This document shows, one piece after another, positions 31,239 through 47,502 of a stretch of 64,000 nt of DNA. Under the pieces are notes generated by a model. The model was not told where the DNA came from, searched no databases, and worked only from the letters and a program-made list of their open reading frames with translations. Positions within the stretch are counted from its first letter, which is position 1, and each line of letters opens with the position of its first letter. A program made the translations under genes and the position numbers. Source of the DNA: Eledone cirrhosa (lineage: Eukaryota); contig OZ024757.1 in the NCBI GenBank assembly GCA_964016885.1, forward strand, positions 42,284,001-42,348,000. The letters run 5' to 3'.

Positions 31239-31351
31239 TAAGAGGAATTCCAACTTTGTCTGATTTACTCGTTTTATTTACAATCCTTTAAAATTTATAA
31301 AGGTATTATAATGAAATAGTATGATGGAATATTAAATATTAAGTGTTAATT

Positions 31352-31388
31352 GAACAAGTACTTTCATGCTTTTGCAATCTTCAGGTTC
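31352..31388 (-). ncRNA. Minimal hammerhead ribozyme (left arm of palindrome)
   Basis: GAAC-CUGAAGA-uUGC-aaaa-GCAu-GAAA-GUAC-UU^GUUC. Confidence 0.65.
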
Positions 31389-31481
31389 ATAATGTGTGGT
31401 GACAGTCAAGTTTGCAATTTTCAACTGTCTATATTGAAAATATAGTTGAAAATTGCAAACTTGACTGTCACCACACATTAC

Positions 31482-31518
31482 GAACCTGAAGATTGTGAAA
31501 GCATGAAAGTACTTGTTC
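31482..31518 (+). ncRNA. Minimal hammerhead ribozyme (right arm of palindrome; weaker stem II)
   Basis: GAAC-CUGAAGA-uUGU-gaaa-GCAu-GAAA-GUAC-UU^GUUC. Confidence 0.6.
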
Positions 31519-31774
31519 AATTAACACTTAACATTTAATATTCTATCATACTATTTCATTATAATACCATTATAAATTTTAAAGGATTGTAAATAAAACG
31601 AGTAAATCAGACAAAGTTGGAATTCCTCTTATTAATATAATCTTCTATACCCAATCATACACACCCGTGTATATTTATCTATCTCTCTCTCTATATATAT
31701 ATAAACATATATATATATACATATATATATGTACATATATATATATACACATATATATATACATATATACATAT

Positions 31775-34700
31775 TTGCCTTTCAATATGATGGATGGACT
31801 AAGGAATTCTGGAGAGTCTGAAAAATCTGGACACTCAGTGACAATGCCAAAGATAAAGACAAATTCACCCAATGCTGCCGGACGAAAAGGCAAGGACTCC
31901 TCCTCTTTGTTTCGGCCGCGGATGGCCAACATAACCCCAACCCCATCCCCATCACCCCACTCTTGCCACCCACCAAACGCAATCCAAAACTTCAGAGTTG
32001 GTACCATGAATGTAGGCACCTTAAAAGGTCATTCTAACGAGGTTGTAGAAATGCTTGAACGTAAGGAGGTTGATGTTTGCTGTATCCAAGAGACCAGGTG
32101 GAGGGGTGGGTTTGCTAGATTCATTGTGGGTAAAAAACGATGCAATAAGCTTTTCTGAGTGGGAAATGATAATGGGCTGGGTGGGGTAGGAATAATGTTA
32201 GCAGAAAAATGGGTAGATAAGATAATAGACGTAAATAGAGTGAACGACAGAATAATTAAAATAAGACTTGTCCTAAATAGAACTACTGTGACAATAATAT
32301 CCACTTATGCACCCCAATCTGGACTGCCTGGCGCTATAAAAGACAGATTCTATGAGATATTGATGCTCACTACCTCCCAAGTAACTGTCAGTGACTACAT
32401 AATTATTGCTGGCGACCTAACTGGTCACGTGTGACGGCTATGACGGAATCCATGGAGGCTATGGGTTTGGTTCTAGAAAGGAGGAAGGCTTCAGAATCCT
32501 GGAATTCTGTGACGCAAATAACCTAACTATCTGTAACACTAACTTAAAAAAACAAGAGAATCACTTGATCACCTATAGATCAGGGGAACACGCCAGGCAG
32601 ATAGATTATATCCTTACCAGAAGACATGATAGAGTGTCTGTTGTATACACTAAATCCCTCCCCCATGAAGAATGCACCTCCCAACATAGACTCAGTCAGT
32701 GACCTCATAGTCAGGACAAGACGTACTCGACAACAGAGGGGGACTATCCTCAGGAGAAAAATATGGACCCCACAGCCAGAAATAAATTTAAAAGCATATT
32801 ACTTGATGCTTTTGACAGTAAGGAAGAGCAATTAGAGTCGTACAATATAGAGGAACAGTGGGTATTCCTGACAGCTAACCTGCTGAAGGCGGCAGATGAA
32901 GTCTGTGGCTGGAGCAGGCCTATAGGCAGGAGGAGAGTAACGTGGTGGTGGAACAGTAAGGTGGAGGAGTCAATTAAGGCCAAAAAGCAGGCTTGGAAAG
33001 TATGGCGGGAGAGGGGAAGTAGAGAAAACTATCAAGTGGCCAGGAGGGAAGCTAGGAGACAAGTGTACTTCGCAAGAAGGGAAGCAGAGGAAAGAAAGTT
33101 CAAGCATGTTCTACAACGCGAGGACCAAAAACGTGAGGTGTTAAGGATTGCTAGGCAATGTGTCAAGGAAAACTGTGATATTGTCGGGGAGAAGTGTGTC
33201 TTGAATGATGATGGTGTACTTGCCATCACTGACACTGGTAAGAAGGTAGCTTAGAAGTGTCACTACGAAAGGCTACTAAATGAGGAGAATAAATGGGAGA
33301 AAGACAGTCTCCCCCACATCGATCCAATAGAGGGACCAGCAGTGCGAGTTGAAGGTAGTATAATAAGTAAGGCAATCAAAGATATGAAGACGGGTAAGGC
33401 GGCCGGGCCTTCGGAAATAGTTGCTGAAATGCTGAAAGCATCTGGAACGGTGGGACACACTATGGTCACCCGGATAGTAAACCAAGTCATACAGAATGGG
33501 GCCGTTCCGATGGACTGGCGTAGCAGCATCATCATTAACTGCTACAAGGGTAAAGGAGATGCTCTTGATAGGAGTAACTATTGAGGCATTAAATTAATCG
33601 ATCAGGTCATGAAGGTCACAGAAAAAGTAATAGCGCAACTAATCAGAGAGTGAATTGATCTAGATGAAATTCAGTTCGGGTTTGTGTCAGGCAAAAGTAC
33701 CACAGACGCTCTTTTCATTGTGCGACAACTACAGGAGAAGTACCTAGCTAAAAGTAAACCCCTATACTTAGCTTTTGTTGACTTGGAGAAAGCCTTTGAC
33801 AGAGTCCCCCGCTCCATTATCTGGTGGGCTCTTAGAAAACTAGGTGTTGATGAATGGCTTGTGAGAGCTATACAAGCCATGGATAAAGAAACAGTCAGCA
33901 AGGTTAGAATTAACAACGAATATAGTGAAGAGTTTAGCGTAAAAGTTGGTGTGCATCAGGGCTCCGTTCTTAGCCCCCTACTATTTATTATTGCCGTTCA
34001 GGCTATAACAGAGGAGTTCAAGACCGGCTGCCCATGGGAACACCTATACGCAAATGATCTAATGCTCATAGCTGAATCAATGGCTGAACTAGAGAAGAAA
34101 TTCCAAACATGGAACCATGGCCTAGAATCAAAAGGCCTTAAAATTAACCTATCTAAGACTAAAGTTCTAGTTTATAGGAAGGAAAATAGGGCACCGGTCC
34201 CATCTGGGAAATGGCCATGCTCAGTGTGTAGGAAAGGAGTTAGCAGAAACTCCATTTTATGTCCCAAATGCAAAGTATGGATGCATAAAAGATATAGTGG
34301 GATCACAGGTAAGCTAATTAAGAATATAGATTTTATATGTGGACGGTGCTCAGGTACAATAATTAGCAGCAAGTGCCCACAGAATACTAGCTCATTCCAT
34401 TGCACAGATGGTTCTATAGAAATAGTGGACACCTTCCGTTACCTGGGTGACAAAATCAGCAGTAGTGGAGGGTGCTCTGAAAGTACAGTAGCTAGAGTCA
34501 GAACGGGATGGAAAAAGTTCAGAGAGCTTATACCACTATTGGCCGCTAAAGGGTTCTCTCTAAAAATGAAAGGCAGGCTGTATGATGCCTGCATACGAAC
34601 AGCAATGTTGCATGGCAGTGAGACATGGGCATTGTGTGCAGAGGATATACGCAGACTGGAGAGGAACGAAGCTTGCATGCTCCGCTGGATGTGTAATAGT

Positions 34701-35335
34701 AATATACGTGAACGGCAAAGCATAAACGAACTAAGGGAAAAATTAGAAATAAGAGGGATCAGATGTTGTCTATTCGAGAGAAGACTACGTTGGTATGGTC
34801 ACGTGATGCGCATGTAAGACGACAGCTGTATAAAAAAGTGCAGGGCAATAAAAATAGACGGTAGCCTCGGAGTAGGCAGACCCAGAAAAACGTGGGACGA
34901 CTTGATAAATTTCGACCTCACACACTTACACCTCTCCAAGACAATGTCACTGGACCGAGATCTTTGGCGCTACACAGTAATAGAGAAGACCCGCCTTACC
35001 TAAGTGCAAAGTGAAACCTACTACAGTCAGTAGGCACCTCTAACAAAATACACCCCCGTCCCACTACCCCCACCCCATCCACACCACCCCTTTCAATGTA
35101 AAGTTACGTTGGTACCACAACATCCAGCCCAAAACAAATGAGGTCGTGTAGGTGTCACGACAAAAACACACACAGTCCACGCTGTAATGTGGCTGGTGGT
35201 AGGAAGGGCATCCAGCTGTAGAAAACCCGCCAGACAGTCCTATGCGAGCAAGTCAACCACTCTTGCCTCAAGTGGGAAAACTCCCGTCCAAACCCATGCA
35301 AGCGTGAAAGATGGACGTTAAATGATGATGATGAT
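31775..35335 (+). mobile_element. Near-full-length decayed RTE-clade LINE (APE + RT, (TGA)n tail)
   Basis: APE motifs TMNVGTL, IQETRW, YAPQ, AGDLTGHV; RT motifs FVDLEKAFDRV, GVHQGSVLSPLLF, YAND (mutated YADD); stops at 32156, 33252, 33582 and 34815 plus frameshifts; ends GGACGTTAAATGATGATGATGAT. Confidence 0.93.
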
Positions 35336-35443
35336 ATATATATATATGTATATATATATATGTATATATATGTATATATATATATGTATATATACATATA
35401 TATGTATATATACATATATATATATGTATATATACATATATAC

Positions 35444-35559
<116 letters not shown>

Positions 35560-35560
35560 G

Positions 35561-35608
<48 letters not shown>

Positions 35609-35627
35609 CATATATGTATATATATAT

Positions 35628-37156
35628 ATAAACGTTTGTATTTGTAAAGCCAAGAGAATGCAGGTATGGACATAGAATAAAGAATGCAAATGCAAAAGAT
35701 ATTGTTGACAATTCGTCTTTTACCTTAGATTTATTTAAATGTCCTTAATTTTCGAGATAATATCTCTTCTTCGGAGAGAAGTAAAACGGTTAAACCAGTG
35801 TTCTAAACAGCTTGCCAAGTCATACTGACAGGAAATGGTATAGTGTATCTGTTTTATCTCTAATGTCAAAGAGTTAAGGTTAGGTGGATAAAGAGTAGTC
35901 TCCCTTTAAAAGGGTTTTTTTTTTTGTACATGCCTGTTTAAGTGTGTGGGAGAATGTGTGAAGGTGTATGTGTGTTCGTGTGTGAGTGTGAGAGGTATGT
36001 CTATACGTAAATGTGGAGGATAGATTTTCTCTCGCGCTAGAACTGGTATTGTGTGTGTGTGAGAGAGATTAAGTGGAGGTGTAAGCGTGTGTGTGGGGTG
36101 TGTGTAAATATGGGGCTAGAAGCTCTAGCAAGTTATAAATTGGGTGTTGAGTTCTAGTCTATTATTGATTGGTGGTTGTGTTTTGTCTATAATTAATGCT
36201 TCCTTAATTCTAAGATTGCCGAGGTTTTTTCCTTAGTTTCTATCCTAACTGTTATGGTTTTGTCGGTGTTTTTGCATTTCCCTCGGTGTTTCGTAAATGA
36301 GGAAGCGTTAGTATTGAGGTGTTCTTTTATTCTTATCTGGAGTGGTCTGGTGCTGCTACCTACGTAGAAGTTGGTGCATTTGTCGCACTCTAGTCTGTAT
36401 ACGACGTAAGCCTGGTGGCATAGGTCTGTGTCGTTGATGAGGCAGTTGGCTAGCCTGCAGCGGTTGTCATGTCTGGTGGAGTGTCTTTTGGTTAGTTGTC
36501 CGCGTAGAGAAGGACCTGAGTGGGCCAGTTGGATATCTAGTCCCTCTAGTCGGATAGCTCTGCGGATGACAGTTGTTGTTTCGTCACTGAGGTGTGGGAG
36601 CTTCAGGAAGCAAGTGTTAGTGCCTCAGGTGTGGTGTCCTCTGTTCTTTCTGGCACGGTTTGTGGTGGATGTCGTGTATCCGTTCAGTTTGAGAACTTCC
36701 AGGAAATGTGTGGTGTGTGTGTCTCGGTCTCTAGCGTCAGTGCATTTGTTCCGGATATGTGTTAGTTCGTTCCTTATGTATCCGAACTTAGCGCCGGCTG
36801 GGAGGGCTGATCTGAAATGTACGAACAGGTCCCTGCTGGTGGCTTTTTTATAGAAACAGGTGTGGATGTTGCCTTCCTCTGTTACCCTGAGTTGGAAGTC
36901 CAGTAAGGAAAGGGGTCCGCGGTCATCGGGGTGTTCCATGCTATTTAGAACACTGGTTTAACCGCTTTACTTCCCTTCGAAGAAGAGATATTATCTCGAA
37001 AATTAAGGACATTTAAATAAATCTAAGGTAAAAGACTAATTGTCAACAATATCATTTGCATTCTTTATTCTATGTCCATACCTGCATTGTCTTGGCTTTA
37101 CAAATACAAACGTTTATACTTCATTACACAATGCTTCAAGTGAACTATAACTTCCT

Positions 37157-37160
<4 letters not shown>
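35628..37160 (-). mobile_element. Penelope-like element remnant (RT thumb + GIY-YIG, 36125-36940) bracketed by inverted pseudo-LTRs
   Basis: LLDFQLRV..FYKK..HFRSALP; VVYRLECDKCTNFYVGSSTRPLQIRIKEH..LRIKEALII..PPINN; one in-frame TGA at 36625 and one frameshift; 35628-35811 is the reverse complement of 36940-37118. Confidence 0.9.
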
Positions 37161-37234
<74 letters not shown>

Positions 37235-37360
37235 GTATATATGTGTATATATATATGTATATATATGTATATATATATATGTATATATATGTATATATAT
37301 ATATATGTATATATATATATGTATATATATATATGTATATATATGTATATATATATATAT

Positions 37361-37801
37361 AAAATATAATATGTTGAAAAGGTAACACACCAGAGAGAGA
37401 TATACAGTGCGCTATCAATAAAACAGGGAAAAAAACCACCAGTGTATGGAATCTATAACCTATGAAAGGCAGACTATAGACACGATAATTAAAAATATAA
37501 ATTAAAGCGTAAATAAATACCTCTATAAATATATAACACACGTACAAATCCAAAGATATGTTTCACCAGTAATTTGTTGATTCAACAAATTACTGGTGAA
37601 ACATATCTTTGGATTTGTACGTGTGTTATATAGTTATAGAGGTATTTATTTACGCTTTAATTTATATTTTTAATTATTGTGTCTATAGTCTGCCTTTCAT
37701 AGGTTATAGATTCCATACACTGGTGGTTTTTTTGCTCGTTTTATTGATAGCGCACTGTATATCTCTCTCTGGTGTGTTACCTTTTCAACATATTGTATTT
37801 T
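37361..37801. repeat. Palindrome, 220-bp arms, 1-nt spacer
   Basis: Centre AATTTGTTGA-T-TCAACAAATT at 37581; arms match with a few substitutions. Confidence 0.97.
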
Positions 37802-37881
37802 AAAGAGCTCAGGATTTCTTCTCCTTTGAGCACATTATTTACAGGGAATAGCGAGGGCTTATGCCTCCGTTAATTTATCGT

Positions 37882-37882
37882 G

Positions 37883-37913
<31 letters not shown>

Positions 37914-37963
37914 TGTGTATATATATATATATTTTTTTACATATATATATATATATTTTTTTT

Positions 37964-38015
<52 letters not shown>

Positions 38016-38171
38016 TGTATATATATGTATGTATATATATATATATGTATGTATATATATATATATATATGTATGTATATATATATATATGTATATATAT
38101 ATATGTATGTATATATATATATATGTATATATATATATGTATGTATATATATATATGTATATATATATATG

Positions 38172-38258
<87 letters not shown>

Positions 38259-38299
38259 ATATATATATATATATGTGTATGTATATATATATATATATG

Positions 38300-38360
<61 letters not shown>

Positions 38361-38593
38361 ATATATATATGTATGTATATATATATATATATATGTATGT
38401 ATATATATATATATATATGTATGTATATATATATATATATATATGTATGTATATATATATATATATGTATGTATATATATATGTATGTATATATATATAT
38501 ATGTATGTATATATATATATATGTATGTATATATATATATATATATGTATGTGTATATATATATATATACATGTATATATATACATGTATGTG

Positions 38594-38641
<48 letters not shown>

Positions 38642-38720
38642 ACAGCCACCATATAAATATATATATATATACGTATATACATATATATACATACATGTGT
38701 GTATATATATATATACATAC

Positions 38721-38783
<63 letters not shown>

Positions 38784-39008
38784 GATACATGTGTGTATGT
38801 ATATATATATATACATACATCTGTGTGTATATATATATGTGTATATATATATATATATATACATGTGTGTATATATATGTATATATGTTTGTATATATAT
38901 ATATCTATGTATGTATATATATATAAGCATATATCTATGTATGTATATATATAAGCATATATATATATATAAGCATATATATATATATAAGCATATATAT
39001 ATATAAGC

Positions 39009-39039
<31 letters not shown>

Positions 39040-39225
39040 AGCATATATATATATACATATATATAACAATATATATGTATATATGTATACATATATATAA
39101 GCATATATATATATACATATATATAACAATATATATGTATATATGTATACACATATATATATACATATATATACACACACATATATATATATACATATAT
39201 ATACTCACACACATATATATATATG
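37882..39225. repeat. (TA)n / TATG compound array
   Basis: Direct inspection. Confidence 0.95.
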
Positions 39226-40273
39226 CAAAAATTAAATGGAATCAACAAAGCGAACAACAGTGAAATGAAGCAGGCAGGCAAACAGGAAACATTGAAATTT
39301 TCTTTTCTTTTAACACACACCGACACACACACACCGACACACACACACACCGACACACACACACACACCGACTTTTTTGAATTCTTTCAACATTCAACAA
39401 AAGATGAGAAAAATTACGATAAAAAAGCTGTCAATTATTATTATTATTGTTGTTGTGCTTATTATGTATGAGGACCAACTAAAAGGAAATTGTTAGTCCT
39501 TGTGGGGGTGCTAAAGCTCAATTCTTTTTTCACTTGGCAGAAAAACACACAAACTACAGTCAGTAATTTGGAAAAAACTGTTTGGTTTTTTTTTATGTTT
39601 TGTTTGTTTGTTAATTATTTTTTTCTTTATCTTTTTCTGTTTTTTTTTTATGTCTTTTGATCAATGAGAATAAATAATTTTAGTGTGGAAAAATTTCTCA
39701 CAGCCAACAAAGAGAGGATCTTCGTAAAAATGTTAAAACAATTTATAATTTGCTTTTATTATCTGTCTTTTATGGTTTTGGTTTTTGATTAATTTTTTGT
39801 TTTGTTTTTCGAAAAAAAAAAAAATGAACTTTTTTTTCTTCTTTTTTTTCTTTTCTTTTCTTTTTTTTTGTTTGGTCTCATATAATTGTTTATGTTGCAG
39901 TTCTGCAACTAGTTGCACCATGCAGTCTGCTGTTTCCATAGTTACAACCATCTCCTATACTAGAAAGATAATTTAAGGAGTCAAAAAAACAGACAAATTA
40001 TATCAGAATTTCTCAACAGTTTTTCTTCATATCTTTTTTTTTGGAAGTGGTGGATGGTATTTTTTTTTTTTTTTTTTCTCATAGCTGAAAACCTCAACAA
40101 TATTATGTCAGTTCCTGAAGAATGGTGTCTTCTTCGAGGAGCAGTCTTTTGACAACACACTAAAGGTTTTTTGGGTGATATTGATATGAAGTTTTAAGTA
40201 TATTTCGAATCAAATGAAGGAACTATGTTGTAGCACAAGTTATTGTTTTGATACATACATATACATACATACA

Positions 40274-40348
<75 letters not shown>

Positions 40349-40442
40349 ATATATATATCTTTTCTTTTTAATTTAAAATTTTTTTTTAGTTTTGAATAAT
40401 TTTTAATTCCAAAGGAAAATTTTTGCAAAGTTCCAATATGTA

Positions 40443-40534
<92 letters not shown>

Positions 40535-40622
40535 CAGTCATATGAAGAAGTCTGCTGCGATGTGACAATGTTAAAAGATGATTTGATACTTTATTTAGCC
40601 TGAAGAATGACAGAAGAGAGAG

Positions 40623-40714
<92 letters not shown>

Positions 40715-40974
40715 AGGAGGGGAAATGTGATGAGAACCATAAAAAAAATGGTTGATTTACCCTCAAATGTTTAAAAAAAGAATTTAAAAAAACATTAAAA
40801 AACAACGTTTTTAATTAGTGTTAATTGGCCAAAATAGTCACATGACTAACAAAACATAGTGTTGTTGTTGGCACAAAGAAATGATTGGTTCTTCAATAGT
40901 TTTTGTTGTTATTTTTTTTTGTATTTGAAGTAACAAATTTATGTAATAATAATTATTATTACTATTATTATTTG

Positions 40975-41190
40975 ATCTCAGTCATTGATGTTATAATTGC
41001 CCTAATTAATATCAAGCTGCTACCCACAGCCTCAGATATTCAGGACGTATCAGAGGGTCCTTGCCATTCCAAGTAGGCATGCCTTTTTGAAGTGTTTACA
41101 AACAGGGGGTTGTGGGCTGATGGTCTTTAGCCAGTCTTGGAAACTCTTTGAGATAGTACCCAGTGCTCCCATTACAATGGGGACATTATT
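40975..41190 (-). mobile_element. R4/Dong-type LINE 3' fragment
   Basis: VPIVMGALGTI ... (frameshift) LQKACLLGMARTL; followed by (AAT)n. Confidence 0.65.
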
Positions 41191-41635
41191 ATTATTATCA
41201 TTATTAAATTAATGCTGAAAGGGAAGGGCAATAGGGAGGAGCTAGATAAAGTGATGGAAGGTGTTTTGGCAGTCTGTCTTCCATATTCTTAGTTGTAAAA
41301 TGTAATTTGGTTTCAATAAATATTTGGTTAGCAGCCATTGGAAGCATTTGAACTCCATTTAAGTGGCCAATAAGGTTTCAAAGTTTCAAATGCCGAAGGA
41401 GAGGAGGAAGAGAGAGAGAGAGAGAGAGAGGGAGGGGGGGGGGATTTCTTTGTAATTGCTCCTAAATGACCCCTGCCCTCCACACACACACACACTACAC
41501 ACATTACATGCACTACATACACTATACACACTACACATACATACACAATGACCTGGGTTGATACAATACAACTATTTATTCATCTTCCAAGGAAGGAATG
41601 TAAAAACTTATAAAATAAAATATAATAATAATAAT

Positions 41636-41848
41636 AATTGTTTCTACTTTAGGCACAAGGCCAGTAATTTGGGGGAGGAGAAGGGAAAGTCGATTCAATC
41701 GACCCCAGTGCATGACTGGTATTTTATCTTATCGACCCCGTAAGGATAAAAGGCAAAGCTAACCTCGTTGGGATTTGAAATCAGAACGTAAAATAAAGAG
41801 CCGTAACTCTATGCCGCAAAGCAGAGTGTCCGATGCTCTACTGATTGT
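41636..41848 (-). mobile_element. SINE family A
   Basis: Match to family consensus. Confidence 0.85.
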
Positions 41849-42559
41849 AACTTTTAAGTCTTTTAGCTGCTGTTGCTTGGAACTGGAAATTAAAAAAACC
41901 AAAGAATTCATTCAACAATCAAATAACTGACATTATAAACAAAATATATGGAGCTCCCTAAATTGTAAAAAGTATTTAATAAATTAATACATCGAGTTTG
42001 GTTGGTTTTTTTTTTTGTTGATTTTTTTTTTGTTTTGTTTTCTGATTGGAGAGAGTTCCTCCTCCAGGTTCAGTAAAATCTCACCTCTTTTCAACAAGCT
42101 CTATATAGTCCAGTAAAAATAAACCGAGATTTCGGAATTAAAAAAATTTTTTTTAAATAAAAAAAAAACATAATAAAAATAAATAAATAAATAAATAAAT
42201 AAAAAACACAGAATAAAGTAAAATAAAAACAAAGTTGTACATTGAATACATTTTGTTTGATGCTCCCCACCCCCATTGCCTTTATTTGTTTTGTTTTGTT
42301 TGTTTTTTTCTTAGATGTGATTGTTTTTTTTTTATTTTGATTTTTGAATTTTTCAAGTTTTAGTTGAAATATCAAACACAGTCTTTGTGACATTCTGACA
42401 TAACTATTTCAGTTTCTGCAGATACATAACATATAACATATATATAACATATATATACAACATATATATAACATATTTGTGGGCAGCAAGTGTAAAATGA
42501 AAGCTATATATATATATATATTTATTGTATATTACATATATATGTGTGTGATATATTAT

Positions 42560-45140
<2,581 letters not shown>

Positions 45141-45372
45141 GTAATCACGTAAAGAGAGTGAAAGAGAGAGAGAGAGAGAATTGGAGAGAGAAAAGAGAAG
45201 TTATATATAAATAAGAAAGAAATGCACAGCGGCAAGTTGAGGCAGAAAAACACTAAAATAGCAGGAATTACTGAGCAAATAAAAACAAAACAATTGAGAT
45301 AACAGAATGTTTTGTTTGTTTGTATTTAATGGGAGGTTGTGAACTGTAAACACTGAAATAACAGACAAAAGA

Positions 45373-45646
45373 TTGACCATTAAAATATTTTTATTTTAAC
45401 GGCCAACACAATAATTGTGGCCATTAAAATATTTTTTATTTTAACAGCCAATATTAATATTATGTTATTGGCCATTAAAATATGTTTAACAGCTAACATT
45501 AATATTATATTATTGGTCATTAAAATATTTTTATTTTAACAGTCAACATTAATATTATATTATTGACCATTAAAATATTTTTATTTTAACAGCCAATATT
45601 AATATTATATTATTGGTCATTAAAATATTTTTATTTTAACAGCCAA
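45373..45646. repeat. ~50-bp minisatellite (about 5.5 units)
   Basis: Unit TTGRCCATTAAAATATTTTTATTTTAACAGCCAAYATTAATATTATATTA. Confidence 0.9.
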
Positions 45647-46036
45647 AAGTTATATCTAGATCTTTAGAAAAAAAAAGGTCTTTGTGTTACTTCATAATCA
45701 AAACCTACAGCTATTTTAGGAAGCTGTCAATTTAATTTGATAAACTTTGTAGAAATTTAATGAATAAAATTGTTTCATTATTGAAATTCACAATGAATAA
45801 CGTTTTTTTGTTTTGTTTTGTGTGTGTGTTTTGTTTTTTGTTTTTTTTTGTTTGTTTATTTAATTTATTTTCAGAGGCAAACCCTGAAAAATGATTTGAA
45901 GTTCAATTAATACAACAAATCCTAACGGCTGTATATATATATATAGTTACAACAGTGACATATACAGGGACTTAAGTTTCGTTGGGTTCTGCACCCCAAC
46001 TCATTCAGATATATATACATGTGTGTGTGTGTGTCC

Positions 46037-46075
<39 letters not shown>

Positions 46076-46494
46076 AATTCCCCCATATTTTTATCTGTAG
46101 TATATGAATGTCAAAACCTGTTGTTGTTATTATCAGCTAAATCAGAAGAAGCAAATGAAACCTCAATAAAACCACAGAGAAAAATTCAACGAGATGAAGC
46201 TAAAATAGTTTGATTTTTAGACATTTAAAGAGCAATATGGTAGAAGGAGAAGAAGAAGAAGAAGAAGAAGAAGAAGAAGAAGAAGAAGAAGAAGAAGAAG
46301 AAGAAGATGAAAAAAAAAAGAGTGGCATTTGTGTTTGTTACTAGAACTTGGCCACATGATGGCTTCATTTTAATTAATAAACCTTAACACTATTTTCTCA
46401 GGTAACTAAACACCTGAGTAACGAGAACCATCTTTGTTGTGATATCTACACTTATATCAGGTAAAATATCATACATAATAATAATAATAATAAT

Positions 46495-46894
46495 AATTGC
46501 TTCTACTTTTGGCACAAGGCCAGCAATTACCCAGTGCATTACTGGTACTTTATTTTATCGACCCTGTAAGGATGAAAGGCAAAGTTAACCTCGGTGGGAT
46601 CTGAACTCAAACCGTAAAGGGGCGTAACTCTATACTGAAAAGCATGGCGTCCGAACCTCTACCGATAATGCCAATCCACCACCCTATAATAATAATAATA
46701 ATAATAATTGTTTCTACTTTAGGCACAAGGCCAGCAATTACCCAGTGTATTACTGGTACTTTATTTTATCAACCCCGTAAGGATGAAAGGCAAAGTTGAC
46801 CTCAGCAGGATTTGAACTCAAAACTTAAAGAGTTGTAACAAATACTGCTAAGAACTTGTCTGATGCTCTACCAGCTCAGTAAATCCACTGTCCT
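46495..46894 (-). mobile_element. SINE family A, two tandem copies (46495-46685, 46706-46894)
   Basis: Match to family consensus; copies separated by (AAT)n. Confidence 0.88.
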
Positions 46895-47111
46895 CACATA
46901 GGTGAATAGCTGCAACTGGTGGGGATTAAAACCAGGTTCATAGTATACCTGAGTCTACCTGTAGTTTACGGTATTTACCTGACACAATCTGAACAGTTTG
47001 TTTTTTACCCACTTAGTCAGACAGCCATATATTTAGAAGGGAAACAAAATTGTAACTGTGTGATGATCATGTGGCCCCTTTTTTTCTCTCGTGAGTGTAT
47101 TAGTGGCTTAA

Positions 47112-47312
47112 CCCTTTTATATTTACATTACTCTCTATATACTATTATATTTTCATAATTAAGGATTTAACTCACATAATATCAAATCTATGAGATTTTG
47201 ATGTTATTTATTTTGAGAACAATACCTTAACATCAGTATGAGTGACCGGTTACAGCCGGTTTAAACAGAAGGAGGTGAGAGAATTCTGGCTGGATGCAGC
47301 TAGTTTAAAGGG
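47112..47312. mobile_element. piggyBac-type MITE family 1 (other copies at about 17805-17990, 50642-50835, 63303-63510; fragment 7755-7812)
   Basis: TTAA target duplication, CCC...GGG ends, shared body. Confidence 0.82.
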
Positions 47313-47502
47313 TTAAGTGAATTGAATCAGATTCAACAGGGAGTTGAAACTGGGTCACAGGATCTGGTTTGCTGAGAGCTTTCCTTTTAGTCTCTAGTGG
47401 TTTCCTGTCACTGTTTATAATTATTACACCAATACCAAAACTTATTAGCAGCACCAGTATTGGTGATATAACCATTTATGATTGATTTTCCACATGTACA
47501 AT

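Larger units (their letters stand above)
31231..31639. repeat. Palindrome, 196-bp arms, 17-nt spacer
   Basis: 31231-31426 is the reverse complement of 31444-31639 with a few substitutions. Confidence 0.97.

Noticed and set aside
36625-36627. In-frame TGA in a Penelope ORF as possible selenocysteine (reported for some Naiad elements)
   Set aside because: It lies in a variable linker rather than at a Cys position and is best explained as CGA->TGA. The copy also has a frameshift, and I saw no SECIS.
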